Shown piece after piece: positions 37,340 to 48,449 of a stretch of 64,000 nucleotides of DNA. The notes under the pieces are model-generated. The model made no database searches. It worked only from the letters and a program-made list of their open reading frames with translations, and had not been told where the DNA came from. Origin of the DNA: Gordius albopunctatus. Its lineage: Eukaryota. Every line of letters starts with the position of its first letter. Within the stretch, counting starts at the first letter, position 1. The stretch lies in the NCBI GenBank assembly GCA_964276515.1, contig OZ193909.1, positions 10,602,001-10,666,000 on the forward strand. Reading direction: 5' to 3'. The translations under genes and the position numbers were made by a program.

Positions 37340-40300
37340 CATGACTAAGCTTACAAACCCAATTAAAAACGCCTCCCTTACACAATCAGGACTTATTCAC
37401 ATGCATGGGTCTCATAAAGTGCGATGCAAAGGGTCAGGCAAGATGAACTCAAAACCTAAGACTTCGGAACCGATAGCCATCCATCGGACACCTCCTAAGA
37501 CATCACATTAATAAATTGAAGCCTTTCCTTCATAAAATAATCAAAAGTATTCATAAAGATGCAAGATACCTGGTCTTGCAAAAACTTTTTGAGGCAATTT
37601 TGAAACTCATTAAAAATGTAAATAATTATGAAGACTGGCAAGTTCTTTTGATGCCACCTAAATCATATACTGGATCTCTTACAAAATGGGTAAGAAATCT
37701 TGAAAAGTGGAAAGATTTGAGTGAAGCAATAACTTATGATGCCCAGGAAGTGCAAATTCTTTCATCCATTAATCATTTGGCGAAAATAGTGACTTTAAAA
37801 ATTAAAAATCGCGACATTCAAGGTGCAATCCGCACCGCTTCATCTGATAATCAATGATACCTCAGAATAACTAATAGCTAAACACCCAATAAGGCCAAAT
37901 CTGTCTTTACCCAACCCAATTCATCAGGCCCATCAAAGCTTCTCAACTTCAAAAGTCCTTGCAATAATCAATATTTTTAATCGCTCTTCGACAGGGGAGG
38001 GTTCGACGCCTTCCATCCAGCCCACCTTGTAGAATTATCCAATCTTTTAATAAATCGCTTAGGAGTTTTCTTGAGCACTCTTAATAACATCATAAACATC
38101 ATAACAAAAGGCCTAATCCTCAAAATAGTAGCCCTATTCGACGCTACTCTAGTAACATTCTCAAACTCATATGTCTGTTCTACGCAGAAAGTGTTCTAAA
38201 TTTATCATAAAGCGTACCAAAAGTAAAGTTGTGGAAATCCTTGCTACTACACTCGGATTTGATGTAAAGGAGGATGTGAAATAGCTTCACACTCAGTAAG
38301 AATTTCTCTTACCCCCCCCCCCCCCCGAAAACCCAGAGTGCTTGCTAAAATAGATTTTAAAAATACCTTCAACTCCATATTTCCATCCCACTTCCTCAAT
38401 GAAGCATATAAACATTTCCCTGAATACTCCTCATTTCTCAATGCATGCTATTCACCCAAGCTCGTAGGGAAGGGGGGGGGGTTTCGGGTTTGAACCCCCC
38501 CCCCCCTCCTCTTGGATATTATTTTTTTTCAAAACACAACACAAAATTATTGATAATCATAATTATAATTAATTTAGCTAGTGTCAAGTGCTGCGTTTAT
38601 ATTTATATATATATGTTAAAAAATTAAGTCGACAAGTTAATAAATTTTGAATTTCGGAATTTGTATTTTTGATTAAAAGCTTCCAAACTGATCTTATTTG
38701 TAAATTTAAGTTCCGCGCCTTATTATGAAGCGATATTCGGACACAGTAATGATAAAAGAAGTCTTTCTGCAGTATATCAAGATAGATGATATGTCTGGAA
38801 AAGGTATGTTTGACATAGTGATGCAAACTTTAAAGACGTTAAAAATTGACATGACAAAGCTTCGGGGACAAGGTTATGATGGAGCCCCAGCCATAAGTGG
38901 CTCTAAAAATGGTTTGCAAAGTCATATAAAAAGCCTATATCCAAAAGCCATTTACATTCACTGTGCATCCCATAATCTAAATCTGGCCATTAAAGATTCC
39001 TGTAAAATTCCTAACATTAGGAATTGTATGGGTAAGATTCATTTTTTAAATCTATTATGTTATATTTTTTTAAAAGGTGTTGTCAAAAAAATCACTGATT
39101 TTATATCAACCCCCAAAAGATTTAATCTTTTCACTTCTAAAGTATTGTCATTGCCGGATAACCCTAAATTCACAAAATTAATATCACTGTGTGAAACTAG
39201 ATGGACACAAAAGCACAATTCTGTTCAAAGATTCTGTGAAGCGAAGGAAGCAATATTTGCTACCTTGGAGGAGATGTGTGAATGGGACGATGAAGAATCA
39301 TCGCCCAATGCGGCGATTTTGCTTTCATCATTAAGGACATCCAACTTATGGCTGTTTTTGTACATGCTAAATCAAATTTTTTCTTACACTATTAATCTTA
39401 GCAATTATTTGCAAAGGATTAATATAGACCTTTCTCAGGCCATAAATGCAGCCGAAAATGCGTTTATACAGATTCAACATTTGCGGGAAAATTCCCAAGA
39501 AGAATTTAGAAAAATCTACAATGATGTCTTGTCACTAGGAGATATATATGATTTAAAAATGACTATTCCTAGGAGAGCCTCACGACAAACTCTTCGTTCA
39601 AACATTGAAACATCTTGTCCAGAAACTTATTACAGAGTTTCGTTGTATAACTCCTTTTTAGATGCAGTTTTGGTGGAACTTGATGAAAGGTTTCTAAAAA
39701 AAACAAGCAAATACTGTTGGGATTTGATTCCCTTCTAATTAAGTCCCATGTCATGCTCTCAACAGAGATATTAAATAACTTTCTTCAATTGGCAAATTTT
39801 TATGAAGAAGATCTTGACGGCTCTCAAGAACAATTCAAATCGGATATTAAATTGTGGTATCAGTCGTTCAAGGACTGTAAATTAGAGAATTTGCCTACCA
39901 ATGCATTGGAAACATTAACCAATCATGCGTCCAAATTAAAATTACATCCAAATATAAAAACATTATACCATATTTTAGCCACACTCTTTACAACATGCTC
40001 TAATGAGAGATGTTCTAGCTTTAAAAAGACTAAAAGCTTACCTCAGGAACACAATGGGACAAGAAAGGTAAATTAAATGGTTTTACTAATTTTTAATTTA
40101 GGCTTACTGGATTAACCTTGTTAAATGTACATAGACAATATACCCCCAAAACAGAAGATATTATTAATGCATTTTTATCTAAAAAACGTCGATATTAATT
40201 GTTTATAGTTTTTAAATATTTTGTTATATTATAATTTATTTTTGTTGTATTTTTTTTTACTTTACTTTCAATAATATATGTCGAAAATAAAATTACTTCC

Positions 40301-40620
40301 AAAAAAAATATAGCTTCAAAAATTTTAAACCCCCCCCCCTCTAGCAAATCCTGGCTACGCCCTTGTATTCACCTATTTCTATAATACAATTCAACAAACA
40401 TCTCATCAACTTTACTGACGGTATTTAAAAAGGCGACCCCTTAGGGCAGCTTTTGTTTTCCCTAGGTATCAAATTCTTGTTGAGAGCCTGGCAACTAAAT
40501 TTAATTTGACATAAAACATTTGGTACCTTGACGATGGTATCCAAGGCGCTCCTGAAGATGTTTTTTCTGCTTAAAAGTACCTCGAAAACGAATCAACAAA
40601 AATTGGTTTAACGCTAAATC
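37340..40620 (+). mobile_element. Decayed CRE-like (RLE) non-LTR retrotransposon, interrupted by a hAT
   Basis: Remnants GGCEIASHS, KIDFKNTFNS, GDPLG (~40432) and IWYLDDG (~40518); the sequence rejoins across the TSD tattcacc. Confidence 0.65.
38457..40365 (+). mobile_element. hAT (Tip100/ZMYM1-like) transposon with partial transposase containing micro-introns
   Basis: Perfect TSD tattcacc (38449-38456, 40366-40373). ORF has LRGQGYDGA, YIHCASHNLNL and LCETRW, plus C-terminal TTCSNER. GT-AG introns at 39032-39076 and 40068-40101. Confidence 0.9.
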
Positions 40621-40630
40621 AAGCTAAAAC

Positions 40631-43600
40631 CCGTCCGCTGGCTACTGACCAATGGAAAAAAATGACCATTGACCGAAGTGTGCATCGAAATTTTTTTTTC
40701 GTTTTTTTGACTCTTATGATTGTTCCTAGTACTACCATTGATAATATGACTTCTTGGCCGTCCGCTGGCTACTGACCAATGGAAAAAAATGACCATCGAC
40801 CAAAGTGTGCATAAAAATTTTTTTTTCGTTTTTTTGGCTAACATTGACTTATAGAGTATCTGTTGGTACTGACCAATAGAAAAAAATGACCATTGGCCAA
40901 AGTGTGCATCGAAATTTTTTTTTGACTCTTATGATTGTTCCTAATACTACCATTGATAATATAACTTTTTTGCCGTCCGCTGGCTGCTGATCAATGGAAA
41001 AAAATGATCATTGATTAAAGTGTGCATCAAAATTTTTTTTTCGTTTTTTTTGGCTAACATTGACTTATAGAGTATCTGTTGGTACTGGCCAATGGAAAAA
41101 AATGACCATTGGCCAAAGTGAGAATAGAAATTTTTTTTGACTCTTATGATTGTTCCTGTTACTACCATTGATAATATGACTTTTTGGCCGTCCGCTGGCT
41201 GGTGACCAATGAAAAGAGATGACCATTGGCCAAAGTGTGGTTTAAAAAGTGGTGTAAGGTGCTATTGCATGTCGTTGCTTATTGTGACATTTTGTGATGC
41301 ACGATGGTAACTGGCAATAGCGGAGCTTGCTGCTTGTTTCGTCGCAAGCCCATTATTATTTTTTTTATCATTATTAATTAATAAAGTAAGTTTTAAATTT
41401 TAATATTTTATTACTGTATAAATATTAATTAATTTCTATGTAATTTATATTATATGCTTATTCATTTTGCTCTGTAATTATGGTTGCTACGCACGTGACA
41501 AGACACAACACGTGCCTATTTTCATACATACATTATCTTTTAATTGCTATATTAATTTTATCTCCAATTCTCTATTATTAAGTAAGTTGATTAATTAATT
41601 TTATTATTTCTAAATGTCACTATACTCTTTATATGTAAAATTGTTATTTTTAATGCAATTTATCGGTTAAGTTTTTGTTAGACACTTATATTTTAATTGC
41701 TGTGTTTTTATCCTAAACTAAAGGTTAAGTTTAATAATCTCATAAAATTGCTGTTAATAATAACAAAATTGGTTAAGTTATTTTTAAAAATATCTTTTAA
41801 TTGCTATATTAATCTTTAATTGCTATGCAATTTATGGGCTCACTTTCCATTTTCCGAAGTCCCCCACCGAATATCTCCAATTCTCTATTATTAAGTAAGT
41901 TGATTAATTAAATTTAATATTTCTAAATGTCATTATACATTTTATATGTAAAATTGTTATTTTTAATGCAATTTATGGGTTAAGTTTTTGTTAGACACTT
42001 ATATTTTAATTGCTGTGTTTTTATCCTAAACTAAAGGTTAAGTTTAATAATCTCATAAAATTGCTGTTAATCAGAACAAAAATTAAAGGTTGAAATGGAT
42101 GCATCTCAAAATATTGACGAGAGACTAGCCCGTAGACGAGAAAAAGATGCCGCGAGAAAACGACGAGCTCGCTCTCGTGCACAAACCTCGGCGGCGACGA
42201 CGCCCATCGTCGAGAGCGATCCCTCCCAAAATTTTGAAGAGAGACTAGCCCGTAGACGTGAAAAAGATGCCGCGAGAAAACGACGAGCTCGCTCCCGTGC
42301 ACAAACCTCGACGGCGACGACGCCTATCGTCAATCTCGACGAGAGACTAGCCCGTATACGAGAAAAAGATGCCGCGAGACAACGACGAGCTCGCTCCCGT
42401 GCACAAACCTCGACGGTGACGACGCCCATCGTCGAGAGCGATCCCTCCCAAAATCTTGAATAGAGACTAGCCCGTAGACGAGAAAAAGATGCCGCGAGAC
42501 AACGACGAGCTCGCTCACGTGCACAAACCTTGACGGCGACGACGCCCATCGTCGAGAGCGATCCCTCCCAAAATCTCGACGAGGGACTTGCCCGTAGACG
42601 AGAACAAGATGCCGCGAAAAACCGACGAGCTCGCTCACGTGCACAAACCTCGACGGCGATGACGCCTATTGTCAATCTCGACGAGGGACTTGCCCATAGA
42701 CAAGAACAAGATGCCGCGAAAAACCGACGAGCTCGATCACGTGCACAAACTTCGACGGCGACGACGACGTCCGATCCTAGCGCAGCTGTGGGTTCAGTTT
42801 TGGTAGAAGAATCTGCCTTCGTTCCAGCCTTTTATAAAGCTGCTAGTAAAATTTTTACAAAGCAGTTTCAGGAAAACACATTCGGCCATGTTTGTGGCGT
42901 TTGTGATCGTCTCTGGTTCAATCCTGATCTTAGATCTGTCGGTAAAAAGATGGTTTCATTACTTACGACTGAATTTCCCGTCGAGGAGGTATCTTCATTC
43001 ATGTTATGTTATACTTGCTATACATCTTTGTCTGGTGCTCGAATACCGATTATGTCAAAATCAAATGGTCTTGCATATCCGCCATACCCAGAGCATTTAC
43101 CGCCGTTAGATTGTGTTACAGAAAGGTTGGTATCACCACGGTTACCATTTCTACAAATTCGTCGATTGCGCTATAACTATGGCAGTAAACGATTGTTTGC
43201 TCAAATTATAAATGTACCAGCTGACATTAATTCTATGGTAATGGCATTGCCGCGTTAAGTCGCTGACGACTATGCAATAAACGTGCATATAAAAAAACAT
43301 CAATCCTACAAAACGTCTCAATTTGTGGGTTACGTAAATAAGAAAGATGTCCACTTATGGTTGGGTTATCTGATGACAAAGCCTCTCTATAAAGATATCA
43401 CCATTGATGCGTCCTTCTTAGAACCCGAGAGTAGTATATCTAATGTAACTGCCTGTCAACAGGGTACAATGATAGAAAATGAGAAGCATGAAATCGAAAC
43501 ACCAACGCCCTCTCGACCTACGAACATATCTACCGTCTCTAATCAGATACCCCAAGAGCCTACAGAAGAAGAAATCGAAATGGAACTTCTACTACACCAT

Positions 43601-44552
43601 AGCAATTAATAAATTAATTGTTTTATTTTAATCATATGGTACCGTGTAATTTTCTTTTATATTTTGTTTGTTCAAATAATAATAAATCTTTATTTATGAC
43701 ACTGCATTTTATGGGTTTCAATTATGGCGTTTGGTAACCTTGAGGTTTCTTAAACCGTGAACAATTATTATCAGCAATTAATTTGACAGCAATGGTTTAA
43801 AAACAAAACAAAAACTAAGTGTTTTATATACCACAAAATTTTGTCATTCCTTTCAATAGCTTAAACACTGGCATTTATTGTTTTTTTAATTGCTATTTTT
43901 CAAATTAGTACAGGGTTAAACTAGGTAATAGGTAAAACTTTTAATTTATAGCTATAGATTGAGTCAAGTTGAGCATGAACTTTAGCTTTTACCAAAATAA
44001 TATTTGCTATGCAATTTATGGCGACTTTTTGGCCGTCCATTGGCTGCTGAGAAATGGAATAAAATGTGGCCAAAATGTGAATCGCAATTATTTTTTCGTT
44101 TTTTAATTGGTTAATATTGATAATTACCCTATGCCCTCTACTAGCAGGGCCTATGCCTCTACGAATCCCGGAGAGGGCAAAATATTTTTTTTAATTAAAT
44201 TAATATATTGTTTTTGTTAATACCATCGATAATATGACTTTTTGACCATCCGCAGGCTACTGACCAATGGAAGAAAATGACCATTGGCCAAAATGTGATT
44301 CGAAATTTTAATTTTTGTTTCGTTTTTAAATTGGTTACCATTGATATTTACCCTATGCCCGTCAGTCCAATTATTTTGCATTTAATACCCCCCTATAGGC
44401 GATCTCGCCCCTTCCCACCTTTCTCGCCCCTTCCCACCTTTCTCGCCCATAAATTGTATAGCAAATATTATACATTTATACGGAGTATAGATGAGTCGTT
44501 CCCCCTTCCCTTCTCCCCTTCCCCCTTCTTACTAGGGCTGAAGGCCCGAGTA
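40631..44552 (+). mobile_element. Internally deleted Helentron (Helitron2) carrying the same termini and central repeats as the DINE-like family
   Basis: Repeat arrays at 40631-41240 and 44020-44360; subTIRs at 41820, 44004 and 44447; terminal hairpin gggctgaaggcccgag at ~44535; Rep-helicase N-terminal ORF inside. Confidence 0.78.
42095..43609 (+). pseudogene. Helentron Rep-helicase N-terminus (basic tandem repeats + CxxC/CxxC + DUF6570-like region), truncated
   Basis: About 6 repeats of ERLARRREKDAARKRRARS, then CGVCDRLWF, CYTC, ERLVSPRLPFLQI and IINVPADI...LPR; in-frame stops at 42463 and 43258. Confidence 0.8.
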
Positions 44553-45163
44553 TTTTTAAAGCTATTTGTATTGATTTTTTTTCCTCATATAGGGGGAAGG
44601 GGGGCTGCCATCCCGGCCTCCACCCCCTCCCCGCCTACTTTCATGCATAACGGTTAAAAATAACTCCTTTCAATTTGAATGGTATTTGTTGGTCCATGAT
44701 AGAAATTTTTAAGGGATTGCTAAGCGCTGATGTTAAGAGCTACATATAGTGGTGAGATTACGATAAGGTAAAATAAATTTTAATGGATATAACGCAATTA
44801 AATTTGTTAGGAATAGCTCGGATAAATATTTTAAGCAAAATAAATTGACGAGGGATAGTTTAAACATAATCAATAACATTATAAGAGTTATTCACATTTT
44901 TTAATAATTTTTCCTTATTTAAAATAGCACAATACAAAACTATTTTATTTTAATATCAAACTGAGTTCATCTCATAAATCATTGAACTATGGGCGTAGAC
45001 AGGTTTAGGATTATGGGGGGGGGGACGTTTACAAGTTTAATTAGGGTGGTGGGCAAAAAATAATTTTTTTTAATTTTTAAGGCTTTTTGCATTGAAATTT
45101 TTTTTCTCGCCATTTAGGGGGGGGGGCGGCCGCCTCCCCTCTCTATTTGAGGATAGGAGAGAA

Positions 45164-48100
45164 AATGATTAAAACTCATACCTAGACTCTACGGGGGCTT
45201 CACAATTTGAAATCACTAAGAACGACCCGGCAACGATACTGGCATCCAATACAGTGGAATAGATTGCCAAAGAGTTAAAATCCATCAGGAATGATGTGAT
45301 CTAACTCAGACGAGCAAAAGAGCAAGAATCAAAACTCAAGTGCCCGTGTGGGCGTCTCAATACATACCACCTCTTCTATACCCCCCCCCCCCCATATTTA
45401 GTCCTCCCATACAAAATCCCATCATGTCCACACAGTTTAATCATGTAACCTTTACCTTAACCCCAGAAGAGCCCAACCAGATGATGGCACGCGAGGTTGA
45501 GAAAAGAATCACGGGGGTTGAGCAAACAGGCCCCGACGTGCTTAAAAAACGTTTGAAAGGCCTGAAAGAAGCAGACGAGAAAAATAAGACGATATCCTCA
45601 TACCAAAAAAATGAGATCGACTTTTTGCTCGAATAAGGCGAAGTATGACAGGACCATGCCAAGGCCACGGAGGTCTTCTCCAAAAAGATAAGAACCATCG
45701 CCTTGGCCACTTACTATGGTTGGCAGGTAGTAACTGGAATAACAAAAGACTGGGCCATAAAAAATGGATTCGATGAGGTTAGCGAACAAATCCGTTCTTT
45801 TCGTCCGAATTATCAACAGCCTATGCCAAGGAAGGCGCTTTTCAACAGAAAGAAAGGGGCGCCTGAGGCTAGGAAAGACTGAGCGACAATGTGTTAGGAC
45901 GGCAGCGGCGACCCTCGGCTGTGGTGATAACCCGCCGAGCATCAATGGGGGACAGACTGTTCCAACATGGCTAAACAGCTACATTCTTTTAGCTTGGAGC
46001 ATCGCTATTAACTCTGTCTCCCTTGATAATGGTCTGGATAAAGGGGCCCCTCCACTGGATCACCCCTCTACGCCGCTGCCTGAGAACTCAGATATGCCGG
46101 AATATCTAAATGGCCCCCTTTCCGATATGAGCCGATCTCCACCATTAACGAACCCTCCAACATCCCCAACTTCCCGGCCTTTGGGACATTAGCAATGGAA
46201 ACAGGATCCCATTCTCATCACCTTTGGACCTTAATACCACACTGCTTAGACCCCATCATACATAATCACAATTTACATTCAATGTCGCCAAACGAGGTTT
46301 CAAACCCAAATTCAATAGGAGAACCCTTGCCAACAACAATTGGCAGTACCTTGTCCCCAGGTACGTCAGACCCGAATCCACCGGGACCTTGTCGCTCAAA
46401 TTATAAATTCTCACATTGTACAAAGAAATCGCATCGCTATCGCACCCCCCATGTATTTTATTCCCAAGTCAGATGGATCGCCTATAATGATCGTGGACTT
46501 ATTCCTAATCTCCAAAAACTTTACGTCGTACCCCTTCTCCCTTAAATCCATTCCGCTAATCGCCAAGCCGTTGGCCGATGCCAACTTCGCCTGTAAAATT
46601 GACATGAAAAGTGCGTTCTTCGCGATTCAATTGGATCCATCAGTATCTCATCTATTTGGTTTTAAATCCGGACGCCATAAATATTCTTATAAAGTACTCC
46701 CTATGGGAACATCCTTCTCCCCATTAGAACTAAAGCAGATCATTTTAGACCTCTGCAGCAAGTCTATTACCACGTGCCGATATAACGTCTATTTAAATGA
46801 TATCCTTATATATGATGGTACGGCCTCCCAGGTTCAGAAAGACACTAAAAGCTTCCTCAAACTTGCCAAAAAATGGAATTTATCCATCAACACACAAAAG
46901 TCTGAAACAAACCCACAAAGAATGCTGAATTATTTAGGCATATTTATAAACCTTGCCCAGCATCAACTGTCAATCAACACTAAATTCTTGCGCAAAATCG
47001 ACGGAGCAATTATCATCATTAGTCATTTTATTACAAATCAACAAAAACCACACCCACTGGTCGCCCAAACCTGTCTCATAATCTTAACACACTACACATA
47101 CATGGTCACTGGGTGGACCAAAATTTTCTCACCGGCCTACAACATGTGCTTGAACGATAACATTATCCCATTTAATGAACAGCTATTCATCCAAAAAACA
47201 GCCGCACTAAAAACCATGATGAATCACCCCCTACCAATGGTAACAACATATGATTCAGATGCATATGGAGACGTCTCCGCCAGCCACATCAGTATTTAAT
47301 TCATGGCAGAATACATGTCCGTCTCCATTGCTGATACCCTAGCAATGTTTAGATGTCAGAATTACATCCCCACAATCAACCTATTTGAGCTGTTGGCCAT
47401 ACCAATTACTTTTCTACGAGACCTGGTATAATACCCCAATTTGACACCAATGATATACACAGACTCCAAAACAGCCTTTTACATCTTCAAGAAAGGGTCA
47501 GCCCATGCACCCCACCTTGAAGGCCTTATGGCGCCTTGCAAATTGCCATAATTTGAATACACATCATTTACGTAAGTTATTATTCATCCGCGTAATTACA
47601 CAACGTAAATACTTTGTCTCATTTACAATATATGGCGCTTCTCAAATCGTTATAATTTGAATACACAAATTTACGTAAGTTATAATTCACCCACGTAATT
47701 ACATAATGTAAATACATTATATCAATTTGAATATACGAAACTATTTATACATTAGACATATTAATCTCACCTTAAATAGTGTATATATACGCGTTTATGG
47801 ATATAGAATTAATTCTCTTGTAATTTTTGACTTTCAGTATTAATAAATGTAGTTGGCCTTATATTTTACCCTTGTTTTTACCCCTAGTTGGGGCTAGTGT
47901 CGCTACAGCCTTCTCCAAAATCATAATGTGCCTAGGAATCAAAAACGTTCTTAGAATCAAAAATGGGTTCCCAACGACAGAAATATGGCCGATCTACCAT
48001 CTCGTCAATTCTTCGCGGATGAATACATGGTCGACCTTATCTCCCAGAAATGCACATCAGACTCCGCCGTACCTAACGAGGAGTACCAATAAATGAAAAT

Positions 48101-48320
48101 TACACCTAGAACTACAACCAGTTTGCGATAGCTTAAAGGCCGTAGATAAGTCTAAGAATTACACTATAATTCAAGACCTGTAATTTAACAATTATTCTTT
48201 TCTTTTGCCCTGTCTTACGTGTCGTAACGCCCATTACCCATAATTTTATTTATTGTCACGCGTATTACATATATATTCGCACATTTCATCATAAATGTGT
48301 TTTTCTAAAATAAAATAAGA
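45164..48320 (+). mobile_element. DIRS-related Gag-RT-RNase H retroelement copy 2 (decayed; no YR visible)
   Basis: Coiled-coil Gag-like frame to ~45880 (IALATYYGWQVV). RT 46340-47299 has PMYFIPKSDGS, KIDMKSAFF, VLPMGTSFSP, VYLND and NYLG. RNase H has AYGDVS, INLFELLA, IYTDSKTA and, after an insertion, WVPNDRNMADLPSR (47964-48005). Stop at ~48092. Confidence 0.85.
47527..47897 (+). mobile_element. AT-rich insertion with ~100-bp tandem duplication and Helitron-like 3' end, splitting the RNase H of copy 2
   Basis: atggcgc...ataatttgaatacac...ttacgtaagttat occurs twice; ends cccctagttgggg-CTAG. Confidence 0.5.
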
Positions 48321-48449
48321 GGTCCTCCCTGTACCCATGCATTGAACCATTTCCTCGCTCACCTTAAATTCAAATTTTTTCGTTTCGATATATTTTGGAA
48401 ACATTTTAATACCATATGATTGGACAATGTAAAGTTTTTGAAATCAAAA

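Noticed and set aside
42021..42675. Minus-strand repetitive ORFs
   Set aside because: Antisense readings of the GC-rich Helentron peptide repeats.
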